Positions 15,761 to 30,178 are shown, counted from the first letter of the stretch. The stretch: 64,000 nucleotides of DNA from Octopus vulgaris (GCA_951406725.2 OX597831.1:81282001-81346000); one strand, 5' to 3'. Notes: generated by a model not told the origin, from the letters alone. Translations and numbers: made by a program.

Positions 15761-16100
15761 CATCAGCAACAGCAACAATAACCACATCGTCCTAAAGAAC
15801 AACAACAACAACAACAATAGCAAGAACATTGCTATGACTCATTGTTGTTTACTTCCAATCGTCCTTACATCACCCGACCCCCCACCCCTTCCATGTCTAC
15901 GTGTTTCGAAATAAAGACAAAACAAAAATGTAAATAAATATAACCAGGTAAATGAAATGCAAAGAATTTTAAAAACTGATATTTGGACGAGGTCAAGATT
16001 AAACCATGTTAAGTCAATTTCTGGTCTTATCTTCACGCATTCCATCATGGCTTTCTTTATACATAGAGTTGTTGTTGTTGTTGTTCTTGCTGCTGTCGTA

Positions 16101-16134
<34 letters not shown>

Positions 16135-16250
16135 TGACAGGTGTATTTTCAAGGTTTCATGTTATCAGCGTTATTCTTCATCACACTGCCATTGTATACT
16201 CACACAAACACTCGCTCACACATTCATACGTTCTCACATATATACATTAA

Positions 16251-16481
16251 GGCGGCGAGCTGGCAGAAACGTTAGCACGCCGGGAGAAATGCGCAGCCGT
16301 ATTTCGTCTGCCGTTACGTTATGAGTTCAAATTCCGCCGAAGGTCCATTTTGCCTTTCATCCTTTCGGGGTCGATTAAATAAGTACCAATTACGCACTGG
16401 AGTCGATATAATTGACTTAATCCGTTTGTCTGTCCTTGTTTGTTCCCTCTGTGTTTAGCCCCTTGTGGGCAGGAAAGAAAT
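16251..16481 (+). mobile_element. tRNA-derived SINE (family A)
   Basis: GGCGGCGAGCTGGCAGAA head, B box GAGTTCAAATTCC and body TTTGCCTTTCATCCTTTCGGGGTCGAT. Further decayed copies occur across the window. Confidence 0.85.
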
Positions 16482-16879
16482 ATATATACATGCTCACTCA
16501 CATTCACACACGCAGTATGTACATATGAGTACAGTGCGGAGAAGTGTAAGGTGTACACTTCTCATACATGTGTGTGTGTGTGTGTGTGTGTGTGCATGTG
16601 TGGGTGTACGCACAAACGTACACGTTATTGGTAGAAACAAAATAACACAACACCTTCTCGCAGATTCACGATTAACAAGATGTGGATTACGTAAACTTCT
16701 TGACGACATTTACGACAATAAACACCAACTGAGTGATTCTGCGTGTGCATGCGCATGTGTGTGCAGATGCATCTCGGTTTACACGGCAGTTAGGTCAAAG
16801 GGCAAATCGAAACCCTATAAACGGAGGGATAACAACGGTAACACATACAATTACCAAATCCCGACATACTTTTCCCTCT

Positions 16880-17052
16880 CTCCGTTTTCTTTTTTTATTT
16901 TCTCTCCTTTTTTTCCTTCTCATCCCTTTCTGTCGAAGAGCATAGGATCGAAACGTCAAAGACTTTTCCAATATTCCGGAGTGTTAAACTATCACACCTG
17001 CTAGTTGCTCCTTCACCTGTCTTCGTCTTTTGCTTTCTGTAAATTTAAACTG

Positions 17053-17060
<8 letters not shown>
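16880..17060 (+). mobile_element. Short hammerhead-bearing (TA)n-anchored element, family H1
   Basis: Motif 16926-16961: CUUU-CUGUCGA-A-GAGC auag GAUC-GAAA-CG-UC-AAAG. The 3' end runs into (TA)n. Homologous to the copies at 39781, 41510, 42215 and 49172. Confidence 0.7.
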
Positions 17061-17093
<33 letters not shown>

Positions 17094-17806
17094 CGTTTTT
17101 GGATTTGGTTTGCAAGATTCTTTATATGAGTTCGTGTGTTGAAGCATATTCTGTTGTGTCTGGGGAGAGTCATTCTCTTTTAGTGCCTTATTATTTAACA
17201 CACTCACCGGTAAAATTCCCACTTATTTCTTATTTTTATTTTCTAAAATTTTCGTTGCGTCTTGCAACCTTCACGCATTCCATCATGGCTTTCTTTATAC
17301 ATAGAGTTGTTGTTGTTGTTCTTGCATACATATTCAAAATAGAGTGAAAAAACTACAGAAGACTTGTGTTACATGGTTAAAGAATATATTTAAATCGTTA
17401 TCTTTATGAAATTTTGTGTATAGTGACATTATTTTTGGAGAAATAACCGGTTTTATATATTTTCTTTTCATATTTCTCAAATTTCTTTACCGATATTGTG
17501 TCATCTCTTCGCTACGATGTGAAGTAGAAGAGTTCCTAACAGGGGGAGATAATTAGGGATTGTTTCAGTATAAGGGAGATAATCAAAAATGTGGTAATGA
17601 TTAGGTTTCATTAATTTATCCTGATTTGGTTTAGAAAGTTCTGCTTTATATTTTTCAATGAGGTAAGTTTCCTTATTTAAAAATGCTAGAAATGGTTAAG
17701 TTTAGGCTTATATTTTTCAATGAAGTAGGTTTTCTTTATTTAATCTAACTTGTATTTGTGTTCGAAAAGCAACTGCTACCACAATTTGTAATCTTTTCAT
17801 TTTATC

Positions 17807-17842
<36 letters not shown>

Positions 17843-18458
17843 AACCTTCTTAAGAAAGTAACCAAATGTTGAAATATGTTTTAATATTGTAATGAAGTAA
17901 ATGTGTTGAAGAGATGCAAAATAAACTTAATAAGAAACTGATGTGTTCAACTGGAATAACTGGAATAACGGTATTTAATGGTGAACAGAGAGGCCATCGC
18001 GACTGTACGCATCTGGTATGTTAAAGACATTAGCACTCAGATGTGTCGAATGTATTTGTCGTTGTGCTGTGGCCTTCGGTGACACGTGTTCATATTCTGT
18101 AGACATTTACATAAATACATGCTAACATACCTACACACACACACACACACACATGTATACATAAGTATATAAATGCATATATATACATATATATATATAT
18201 GCATATATAATGTATATATATATGTATATATAATAATATATATATATATATATATATAACGCTTAAATAGAACCTGAAAGATTGCTTCTGAGATACATGG
18301 CGTATTTTATAAATATGTCTGATCAAGTATTATAATAGCGTGAAACTATTAGTAGCTCTTTCAGTTGCGTATTTAAATAGGTATTTATCTTTCCCTGGAT
18401 GGAAGACATTTTTTGTTGATTCTACCTCCACTGGGTCTACAAACTACACACACACACA

Positions 18459-18514
<56 letters not shown>

Positions 18515-19305
18515 GACACAAAGGATTCCCGCCTCCGCCGTGAATAGGAATTAATCTTCTCTTCACTCCTTTGTGCCACATGGGCTCAATTCCACCCCCT
18601 CTTCATCTGACACCCCTCCTCACCTCTCTTCATCTCACACATACTTCCTCCCTTCATTCCGACACGCCTTCTCCCTTCATAGATGCCCCTTCCATCCACC
18701 CCACCCCTACACATCCCAATCACACCACCACACCATACCCCTACACATCCCACTCCCCTATACCCCACCCCAACTCCCACATTCTCACCCCAAATCCACA
18801 CCCCACCCTCACACCACACACATAATGCCACACCACACCACACCACCACACCACATCACACTACACCGCACACACTAGCACTGACCACTTCCCAGCATCC
18901 ACAAACCCACACGTTACAGACGCACACACCCACACTTCAAAGTCACCGCCCCTATCCACACGCACACACTAACTCTCATAGACACACGCACGAGCACCTT
19001 TGTTTTGGGATCACCAATACTTTATTATCTCCCTTTCTTCCTATCTCTCCTGTTTAACTACCTTCGTCCGGGCAGCTGCCATGATAGACCACTGGCTCCT
19101 ATTTGTTGCTTATACACATGTCTGTGTCTTTTTTCCTGTAAATTTCAACTATATATATATATATGTATATGTACATACATGCTTGTGTGTATGAATGTAT
19201 GTATGTATGTATGTATGTATGTATGTATGTATGTATGTATGTATCTATCTATCTATCTATCTATCTACATGAATCTATGTTGATTCACCAGAAGTGTTAA
19301 ATTAT

Positions 19306-19389
<84 letters not shown>

Positions 19390-19414
19390 GTATGTATTTA
19401 TGTGTGTGTGTGTG

Positions 19415-19620
19415 TTCTTTTATTCTTTTTCTTGTTTCAGTCATTTCACTGCTGCAATGCGGAAGCACCACCTTTGGTCGAACAAATCGACCCCAGTACT
19501 ATATTTATTGTACCGCTAAGTTACGGGGACGTAAACACACCAACATCGGTGGTCAAGCGATGGTGGGGAGACAAACACAGACACGCACATACACACACAA
19601 ACACACACACACACACACAG

Positions 19621-19668
<48 letters not shown>

Positions 19669-19809
19669 GCGACGGGATTCTTTCATTTTCCGTCAACTAA
19701 ATCAACTTACGAGTCTCTGGTCGGCCCGAGAACATAGTAGAAGACTCTTACTCAAGGTGCCACGCAGTAGGACTGAACCCGGAAGCTTCATACCACACAG
19801 CCCCTCCTA
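19415..19809 (-). mobile_element. tRNA-derived SINE (family B, internal microsatellite)
   Basis: Reverse complement of the 53911-54305 family (ttgtttcagtcattt..., ccgctaagttacggggacgtaaacacacc, caaggtgccacgcagt.ggactgaacccggaa). Confidence 0.85.
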
Positions 19810-20154
19810 TATGTGTGTATAAATAATCGTTTAAATGTCTACCAGAGCATGACTGGTCCTGTTTTATCGATTTAGAAAAAGAAGATTAAAGAAAAAAAAG
19901 AACCAAATACGTCTGTTTGAAGAAAGGATATAAGTGACGAAACTAAATCCCATAATAATTAACAATATTTAATCCAACACTCAACGTTTTCAACCATACT
20001 TCACTCCCTCCACCACCCTCCCCTAACCCCTGATCAATATAATGTTAAAAGTATTGATTTCTAAATGAGGCTTAATGCTTCGAATATTGAAAGGAAATTG
20101 CAATCGTTTTATTTATCGTTACGATTGGTTCTCTGTTGTAATATTAATTTCAAA

Positions 20155-20337
20155 TTTTGGCACAAGGCCAGAAATTTTGAGGGAAGGTGGGCTCAGTATA
20201 TTACTTTGACCCCAGTACTTGGGTGTACTTATTTTATCGATCCCGAAGGATGAAATGCAAAGTCAACCTCGGTGGAGCTCAGTACGTGAAGACGGACGAA
20301 AAACTGGGTGTGCTAACAATTCTGACAGCTCACGGCC

Positions 20338-20338
<1 letters not shown>
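20155..20338 (-). mobile_element. SINE family A, decayed
   Basis: ggcacaaggccag..tttgaggg..tacttattttatcgatcccgaaggatgaaa.gcaaagtcaacctcgg. Confidence 0.7.
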
Positions 20339-20415
<77 letters not shown>

Positions 20416-20440
20416 TTTCTTATAGTTTCAATAATAATAA

Positions 20441-23400
20441 TAAAGGAAAAATAACATGTGGTGCATGGTGAGGCTGTCAAAATAAAAACACACACGAAGA
20501 TTACAAAATCTCAGTTTATGAGAAACATAAGTTTTCATGGAAACTCTAATGAACAGAGTAAATGAGGTTGGACCTTTAAGGGAAGGTCTTCGCTCGGAAG
20601 TGGTTCAGCACAAATACACACACACCTCAGGTATGATTCTAAGACAGCGTAAGTATATAATAGAGTAAGGAGACTGAACTAGACACGTGAAGAGAACAGG
20701 GTAGTGATGCATTGCTACTTGGAAACGTACGGGGTTACAGGAAACGTACGTTAGCACTTTGGGTAGATTAAAGTGGATGTTTGAAGTAACAGAGCAGAGA
20801 CAGTGAACCAGACGAATGCAATTAGGAGAAATAGGTGGATGACAGAATTGGAGGGAAAGAAATCACAAGAGAAATGAAAACGAGGGAGCAGGAAGTAGAA
20901 GAGTCGAACAACATATGTGATACAGTTCAAACAAAAGAAGAGGCTAGAAGCACTACGAACAGAGAAGGGGAAGTTGATACCAGCGAATTAAGTGAGGAAG
21001 ATCAGAAGATTTTAGAGGAGTTGCAGGAAGAAAAATATTACCGGTATTAAAAGATGTCAATAGAAGGAAGTTACTAGATTCTGTTATCAATAGGATAGAT
21101 ACTAAAAATATAGGTGACACTAACTTATTGATCTATGCAGGAGGGTTAGTAGTTACTGGAAGATTAGGTATTCCGCAAAGAAAAAATAGGAAGGAGCAAA
21201 TGTGGGGGAAGGAGATTAGAAAATAATGTGAAGACTTTAAGACAAGATCTGAGTAAAATAAAAACCCAGAAACACAAAAGTTAAATCTCTTGAGAAAAAG
21301 TATTTAATTAAAGAGAAAGGATTTGGGAAAGTCATTGAAGAGGTGAAACAACGTATCATAGCAATATCAAGTAAGCATTCCAGATATCAGAAAATAACAG
21401 AGAAGTATCAACAGAACAGATTACTTGAGACAGATCAGAGGAGATTTTATAACCAAATAAATAGTGTATAAGGAAGTACTAAAGGTTAGAAGCCTAATGC
21501 AGAAGAAGCTAGAAAGTTCTGGAGTAATATTTGGGATAAACCAGGTAATCATAATGGAGATGCAGCATGGTTAAAGAAAGTGAGGGAAGAAGTAGTGAGT
21601 GAGAAGCAACCAGATCTAAGACTAACTTATGCATTAATAAGTAAAATGTTATGGAAAATGCCGAATTGGAAAGGCCCAATACCAGATTTAGTTCAAAGGT
21701 ACTTGTTAGAGAAATTTAGAAGCTTACATGGGAGGCTGAGGGAACAACTTCAAGATTGCCTTAATGGAGGAATGATATCAGATTGGATGACTAGAGGGAA
21801 AATAGTAGTCCTTATGAAAGACAAAACAAGTGCAATAAAGCACGTAGTTATAGACTAATCACTTGCTTACCATTGGAGTGGAAATTGCTCTCAGAAAGTA
21901 TTTACGTGCAACCTGACAGCCTTAATTTACTACCAGAAGAACAGATAAGTTGTAGAACGAAGGATAGAGGTACGCACGATCTATATTACATAGACAAAGC
22001 AGCTCTAAAAGAAGTGAAATCTAGAAGGAAAAGTTTAACAATAGATAAGAAAGCCTATGACATGATTGCACCCCATGGATAAGTGAAAGTTTGAGTATGT
22101 TCAGTATAGCAGACAACATAAGAGAATTAATAAGCTATAGCATGAAGAAATGGAAAGCGGATCTCTTCTCAGGTGACACACTTTTAAGCAAAGTTAATAT
22201 CAAGACAGGAATTTTCCAAGAAGTCTCGTTGTATCCTTCAAAATTTGCTTTTACATTTAATCCTCCTCAGGTTAGCGTAAGAAAGAAGAAGGCAGCATAT
22301 CCGTTTAGAGATAATAGAGGAACAATTAACCATTTGCCCTACATGGATGATCAGAAGTTTTTTAGTAAGAAAAGTAAAAAGATAGATTACTTAATACAGA
22401 CTGCAAGACTTTTCAGCAAAGATATAGGCATGGAATTTGGCAGAGATAAGTGCGCAATATTAGTCATAAAAAGGGACAAGGTGTCAGCAGTGAAGCAATC
22501 CAGTGAAGGAACCCATTGAAAGAAGGAGTTATAAGTATCTAGGAGTATTAGAATATGAGAGAGCACCAATTGCAGAAATGAAAACGAAAATTGAGAAGGA
22601 GTACATCAGAAGGGTGAGGAAGCAAATGAAGTCAAAGCTAAATGGTCCGAATCTAGGGAAGGCTGTAAATACTTGGGCACTATCATTACTTAGATACTCA
22701 GCAGCTTTTGTAGATTGGACAAAAACTAAATTAGAGACAGAAGAACTAGGAAGGAATTCAATATGAATGGAGGACTCCACCCAAGGACAGGAGTAGCAAG
22801 ATTATACCTACCTAGAAAGTAAGGTGGGAGAGGTTTAATATCAGTAGAAGACGGCATGGAGTTAGCTACAACAGATATAGCCTCCTGTGTAGGTAATGGT
22901 AGAGAAAGTTTATTAAGAGCTGCTAGAGTAACAGTAGGACATAGAGAAACCCAAAAGCCAAATGAAGTTAAAAACCAAAAAAAAAAAAAAGAAAATAAAT
23001 ATCTGACTGGCAAAAGATTCCCAAAGGTAGTTGCTGGAAATTGTAAAAGGGAGACATGATTATAGTTGCAGAAAGGAAGGCTGACAAGGGAGACAGCAAG
23101 TTTGTTAGTAGCAACATAGGATCAAGCATTGAAGACTAATTGGATAAAAGCCAAGAAAGTTAAAAACCGGGTAAATATCCAATGTAGGTTATGTAAATCA
23201 AAAGCGGTGTTACTCATGTAGTAAGTGAATGTAGCATGCTGGCTGGGAAAGAAACAAGAAAAGAGATGACGATCTGCGGAGAGCAATGCATTGGGAGTTA
23301 TGTAGAAAGCTAGGATTTGACCAATAAAGGATACGAACACAAAAACCAGTAAAGTACTCGAAAGTAAGAAATATAAGATGTTGTGGGACTTTAACATTCA

Positions 23401-23823
23401 GACTGACAGCGTAATAGAAGCTAGAAGGCCCTTGTTGGTAGAAGTAGACAAAGAGAATAGAAAGTGCCAGATGATTGACTTTACTGTCCTAAATGATGAA
23501 AAAAATGAATATGAGAGATATAGAAAAATAGTAAAGTACTAGGACCTAGCTATTGAATTACAGAGACTATGGAAAGTGCAGGTAAAATGTATCCCAGTAG
23601 TTATAGGTGCATTGGGAACTATCCCTAAAGATCTGAACCGATGGATAAAGGAAACAGGCAGAAAACCCAGTTTAGTACAGCTGCATAAATCAGTGTTATT
23701 AGGGGCAGCTGTGATATTTAGGAGGGTTCTTGGCATCTAAGGCCACGTATTGTAGCCCGATGTTAGGCATTTTTCTTTCCCAACAGTTTAATCTGTTGAG
23801 TGTATATAAAATCATAATAATAA
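20441..23823 (+). mobile_element. R4/Dong-type RLE non-LTR retrotransposon, near full length, decayed
   Basis: RT motifs in broken frames: MPNWKGP, LLPEEQ, KKAYD, GIFQ, NHLPYMDD, IGMEFG.DKC, YKYLG, LYLPRK.GGRGL. These are followed by a CRLC zinc knuckle, an RLE-like K..KY.DL and IPVVIGALG. (TAA)n lies at the 5' flank and a short TAA tail at the 3' end. The 5' boundary is approximate. Confidence 0.88.
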
Positions 23824-24027
23824 CTATTCTTTCTATTTTTTTCGAGTTTTTTTTAAAGCAATTTCGAATTACATCGACCTCAGTGCCAGACTAGTACTTT
23901 ATCTCATTACCCCAGAAGGATGAAATGGCAATTTGACAGCGGTGTGAGTTGAACTCAACACATACATTAACGGAAGAAATACCTCAAGCCTTTTTCCGAC
24001 GCTCTAACCTTTATATTTACCGCCCTG

Positions 24028-24091
<64 letters not shown>

Positions 24092-24673
24092 TAATAATAA
24101 TAATAACAACAACAACAATAATAATTGGGATGGGGAAAGCAAGAAATCAAAACAAACCCACAAATATAACAACAGCAAAAGAGAACACAAAGAAATAACT
24201 GTGACACCGCTGGACAATAGAAATACCAAGGTTTTGACAAGCCCAGCTTTTTATCAAAATTTCCTTGTTTATGTTCCTACCAGACACCGATCAGAACCAT
24301 TAATCTCAGCTTAGGTATTGTTCAGAATCATAACACTGAAAGGGATCATCATAGCAGCGCCTCTTCGTAAGAGCGTGTCTTGTTTTGTCTACCATCGTGA
24401 TTTTGTTGACGATGTGTTGGTGCTATGTGGTGATATGTGCAGTTAAGGTTCCATTCAAAACGTTTTCACCGACAAATGGAGATTATTTTTATGCCATTGT
24501 GTTAGAAAGACTCTCCAAGAATGCTATTATTAATTGATAATGCTTTTATAACATATCATTGAACCCTCTTTTTTGCTTTCGCAGGTTTCTTTTATTATAT
24601 ATATGTGTGTGTATTTATTTATATATATTTATTTATATATATATATATATTTATACATATATATGTATGTATG

Positions 24674-24728
<55 letters not shown>

Positions 24729-24750
24729 CATATACATATTTATTTATTTA

Positions 24751-24803
<53 letters not shown>

Positions 24804-24922
24804 GCCTACACGCACACACACCTCTACGTTCAGTTTATTTACTTAGTCATACGGGCAGACTTAACAGTTGTATTAATTACGAGCATGTGTGCGGATCAAC
24901 TGCAAAAAATGAGGATGTTATC

Positions 24923-24960
<38 letters not shown>

Positions 24961-24984
24961 TAATAATAACAACAATAATAAAGA

Positions 24985-25192
24985 TCCTTTCTATTACAGG
25001 CACAAGGCCAGCAATTGCGTGGGAGTGGGTAAGTCGATTACATCGACCCAAGTATTTAACTGGTACTTATTTTATCGATCTAGAGAAGATGAAACGCAAA
25101 GACAACCTCGGTGGAATTTCAACTGAGAATGTGAAGACAGATAATATGGCACAAAGTATATCTCCCAGCGCGCTAACGATTCTGCCAGCTCT
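24985..25192 (-). mobile_element. SINE family A, decayed
   Basis: Same body as 16251 in reverse; ends ..gctaacgattctgccagct. Confidence 0.75.
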
Positions 25193-25211
25193 TCGTTTCT
25201 TTCCCGAACGA

Positions 25212-25580
25212 CCGGCACAAAGGATTTGATTCTAGCGATCAAATGCATGCTCCACATATTGTGGCTCACTCTCGCTCCATGGTCACTCAGATCGATGAAC
25301 ATGGAATTGCACCTAGAAAGTTACCCTCCCAGGCACAAGTCCAGGCAAGGTTGTTTTATGGAAGGCCAGCAGTCGCCCATGCATAACAACCTCCCCTCTC
25401 CACACCGCTGATGTTATCCAAGGGAAAGGCAAAGGGGCCGAAACAGCTTGGCACGAGCTGAGTCAACTGGAGCAACATGAAATAAAGTGTCTTGCTCGCG
25501 AACACAACATGCAGCCACGTCCGGAAATCAAACTCACAACCTCACGATCGACGCTCCAACCACTGAGCCATGCGCCTTCA
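25212..25580 (-). mobile_element. tRNA-derived SINE (family D)
   Basis: Minus-strand head TGAAGGCGCATGGCTCAGTGGTTGGAGCGTCG..GTGAGTTTGATTTCC, followed by ..GCAAGACACTTTATTTCA. Confidence 0.7.
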
Positions 25581-25590
25581 CTACAGTACA

Positions 25591-25644
<54 letters not shown>

Positions 25645-25657
25645 CAAGTAGAAAGAT

Positions 25658-25782
25658 AAATTTTATTCAACGCGTTGATACTGAACAGTATATAGTTAAA
25701 GGATAAAATCTTTTTTTTTTCTTAACGCAGAAAAGGATTTTATCCTTTTTACTGTTCAGTATCAACGCGTTGAATAAAATTT
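25658..25782. repeat. ~125-bp foldback next to (TA)n
   Basis: aaattttattcaacgcgttgatactgaacagta..aaaggataaaatc pairs with gattttatccttt..tactgttcagtatcaacgcgttgaataaaattt. Confidence 0.85.
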
Positions 25783-25855
25783 CAACGCTTACAATACATT
25801 TCAACGCTTCGAAAACAAAAATGTTTGCTTACATACGACGTAATACACACACACA

Positions 25856-25904
<49 letters not shown>

Positions 25905-26209
25905 TAAAGATATATACATATTGACAGATATTTTGTTGGATGTCCGTTGACTACTCAGGAGTTGCTCCATCCTTTGACGGGTCTTATTTCTCATTCAGCA
26001 GGGTGTCCAACAACACCCTCCTCACCAAGCAAGCCGGGTAGTGTTGCCAGTTTAGTCACCGATGACCCAACCATGCGACAGGTTGTACAGGATTACATGT
26101 TACCATCAGCACTGAAGAGCAACCTGATTTCTTGATACAGAAATACACCTGCAAATTCAGAGGGCAGCAAAAGCATTTGGTGGCTTGGAGTCGCGTTTGG
26201 TGCCAGCGC

Positions 26210-27020
26210 CATATAAATGAGAATACAAAGCTGGCTCTTTACAAATCATTTATCTTACCATCCCTGCTGTATTCTTGTGAAACATGGACTTGATATGAAA
26301 GGTATTTTAAATTGTTAAAACCATTCCACCAAAAATGCCTTCATCGCATTTTAAACATTAAATGAAGTTCTTTTACTCCAAACAGACGTCCTTGCATCTG
26401 CAGGTATTATCCCAATTAAAGCTATGATTTTGAGAAACCAAATGAGATGGTGTGGCCATATTGTTCGAAGGGCCGATGAACGCATGCCCAAACAGCTGTT
26501 TTATGGTGAACTTGCAGATGGGAAACGCTATCGGCGTAAACCGGAAAAAAGAAAAATGGTTTAAAGACGGCGTAAGGACTACTATGAACTCACTTGGAAT
26601 GGGTTCAGAGGACATAGAAATTCTTGCTTCGGATCGAGCTGGATGGTGAACCAAAGTGAGGAGTGGAGTGAAAGCGTTTGAAAAACCCATGATAAGCCAT
26701 GCAAAACTCAAGAGATATTTAAAGAAGAATGTTACGATCGAGAAGGTGAATCGCAATGACCTTTTTTGTGACAGACCATGCCCTTCTTTTGCTGGGCTCA
26801 AATCTCATCTGCGAATCCATGGAAAACGAACCTCCACCAACTATTCTGCCTTTATGTCTGTGCACATCTCTGAATGCAGTGTATGTCATAAGGTCTGCAA
26901 ATCTAACGGAAGCCTCAAAAGACATTTTAAGATCCCCAAAGATCAGAACTTATCTGCAGCTCTTGGTGGTCCAAATTGGATGTGCAACCTATGTGGGTGT
27001 CTTTTCAGAAGATTGCTTCG
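26210..27020 (+). mobile_element. RTE-clade LINE 3' fragment with C-terminal C2H2 zinc fingers, decayed
   Basis: LLYSCETWT, FHQKCL.RIL, QMRWCGHIVR, RMPKQLFYGEL, then CDRPC..FAGLKSHLRIH and CSVCHKVC..NGSLKRH. Confidence 0.8.
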
Positions 27021-27251
27021 GGTTCTGTTCAAACCCCGCCGAAGCCAGCATTCCTGTTCACGCTTTCGAGGTCAATGATGAAGCAAAGTGAATTACTGGG
27101 GGTCGATGTAATCGACTTGCATCCTCTCCCCGAAAGTGCTGGCCTACAGGAGACAGATTGATTATTTTAAACATTTTTACTCGACGTAAATCTTCCAATT
27201 CCTCCCTTTTCGTCCTCTTCAATGCGATCATTATCATTATCACATAAAGAA

Positions 27252-27450
27252 AGGCGGTGAGCTGGTAGAATGGTTGGCGGCATTTTGTCCGTCTTTATGT
27301 TCTGAGTTCAAGTTCCGCCGAAGTCCACATTGCCTTTCATCTTCTCGAGGTCGATAAATTAAGTACCAATGGAACACTGGGGTCGATGTCAACTACTTGG
27401 CACCCCACCCCACCCCATCACAATTTCAGGCCTTGTGCCTTCAGTAGAAA
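27252..27450 (+). mobile_element. SINE family A
   Basis: aggcggtgagctggtagaa..ctgagttcaagttccgccgaagtccac.ttgcctttcatc..gtcgataaattaagtacc. Confidence 0.8.
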
Positions 27451-28332
27451 TGATTATTATCATATAAAGAAGACGAAGAAGAAGAAGAAGAAGAAGAAGA
27501 AGAAGAAGAAGAGAAAGTATAGCTTGTCCAACAGAAAAGGAAAGAAAAAGTAAGAAGTAGTAAATAAATATAAAAAATAAAACAACAGTTGTAGTCAATA
27601 CAGTCAGGTTTCGACCTTAATATATACACACGCCTAAAATACATACTTAGCCATGACACTATATATACATACGTCCATATATGTGTGTGTGTATGTATAT
27701 ATATCTTTTACTTTTCTTTTATATATGTAACAGTTTGTGATATATAAATGTTTGTTTATCCATGTATATGTTTGTTTATGTATGTATATATGTATATGTG
27801 TGTGTCTATTTATATAAAGCAATTCGAAATAACATCAACACTATATATTGAAACGGCAGACAAGTTGTCGTCTGCCACTGTAGACGGTCAAATAGCTTTT
27901 ATTGTAACTCAATGTTTTGATTTGACGAACAGACAGACTGATGAAATGTTTGGCCGCCAACGATCGATGTAAACCATCACAACACAACTACAATCATAAC
28001 ACTATCTACTGACATCACAGCCTGACATTTCCACCATTGCCACCACCGCAATCAGCCACCGGCCGACTTTCTACGTGGTCACCCTGTTTGCTAGAAAGAG
28101 TAGGCATGATCCCCCCGCTCGTCTCGCACCTTATTGTTTTAAAAAGGTAAGGAGAAACTGACAGATTTAACTGTTTGCTTAAGAAGATCGCTTCGCAGGC
28201 ATGTAGTACTGGGCTCAGTTCCACTGAGTGGTACCTTGGGCAAGTATCTTGTTTATTGTCCCGGACTGACCAATGATTTGCGAGTGAATTTGATTCACGG
28301 AAACTGCGAGGACCCCTCATGTGTGTGTGTGT

Positions 28333-28370
<38 letters not shown>

Positions 28371-29773
28371 CTTTGCTCTTAAGGCAGCTGGATTTGGGTC
28401 GATCTTGGGTTAAACAATAACAGCAGTAAATAAGGGTCTCTAACTTTAACTCTGTATAACGAATCATTAAGAAAGAAATGACATCGACCCGAATATATAA
28501 CTGGTATTTATTTTATCGACCAGCAAAACTTATGGAAAGCCGATCTTAGAAGGTTTTTGAACGCCGAACGTTGATGAATGTAACAACATCACAAAACATT
28601 TGTTTGGTACTCCATCGGTTCTGGCATCAAATTTATTGTTTAATTACAGCGATGATTTCTAACAAGCACTCATATATTTGTGATTGGGTGCTGGGTAGGC
28701 TCAGCTCACTCGATTTTGCATTCAGCAAATGACAGACGCTTATTTCATTTACATTGGTGCGATTTGAACTGAGAACGCAAAATAACGTGGATGTATATAT
28801 TACAAGACATTTCACCTGCCACCCTGCCGACTTTGCTACTCGCCACTCACCACCAATACTCATTACGATCACCACTCGCAGTCCATGCTTATCATTACCA
28901 TCATCAGTGGCGGTGGTGGAGATGGTAATGAATCAGCAGACCGTAACAAATGACAAAAACAATCTCCACTTACAACATTAGTATGCGATGGTGGAAGGAG
29001 ATTATTGAAAATATGAGAACATTTTAACAAATCAGTTATTAATTGCTATACACTTCCTCAACAACTCACGCTGCATTTTACAGGCATTGTAGTCTATGTT
29101 AGTGAGATAAGTACTATATTAATTATTGCCAAAGCAATTATATGAATATATAAACAAATATACAACAATTATATAACAAGTATCTATAATATGACGAAGA
29201 TCTAAGGGTTTTAACTTAAAGCCAAAATAATGATGTCACATCAGTCAAAGTAATGTCATTACATTACTATTATTTCTGTAAAGGATAAGCCGTGCATTGC
29301 TTATAATATGTTCCACAATAAACATTTACCTGGGCAACACATCCAGTCTGGGTATAGAGCAGTGGAAGCGATAACATTTGCCAGGGAGAAAATTACACAA
29401 ACAAGCGTTGTACATATGTTACGCAGAGTAATTTCAAATTAAGAAAAAATATATATAAAATGGCAAGAAAAACAGCCACAAATATTGTAAAAATCTAAAA
29501 CACACAGAGATTATTTAGTGTTAATTTTGAAATAAAAGATGTTGGGGCTTAAACATTCAAGATGTGAATAACAGCCATTATTTAAGGTTATAAAGTACAG
29601 CCATATTGTTGCCATATTTTTCCATGTATCGCTCGATCAGGTTGAAAGTAACCATTTTAATACGTTCGTCATATGTATGTATAATTATATACGTATGTAT
29701 GCATAGGAATATACAAACATACATACATATATAGATGTAGATACAGATAAACTTACCAATTCGTGCCCACCTA

Positions 29774-29808
<35 letters not shown>

Positions 29809-29946
29809 CGTGCGCGCGCGCGTATGTGCCTATGTATATCTCTCTCTATATATATGTCTTATATACGTTCATATATGCATATATATATATATATGTGTGT
29901 GTGCATATATATATACATACATATATACATACATACATACACACAC

Positions 29947-30001
<55 letters not shown>

Positions 30002-30081
30002 TACATATACATACACATTCACGCTTACACACGCATGATACATTTGTGATTAGAGATATGAACGTAATTAACATGTGTATG

Positions 30082-30178
<97 letters not shown>

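Noticed and set aside
20505-20560. Possible ribozyme at the 5' end of the R4-like LINE (TTTATGA..GAAACTCTA)
   Set aside because: The core and stems I/III do not pair convincingly.
25930-26190. GC-richer segment resembling an RTE 5' UTR
   Set aside because: Identity and orientation cannot be supported from the sequence alone.
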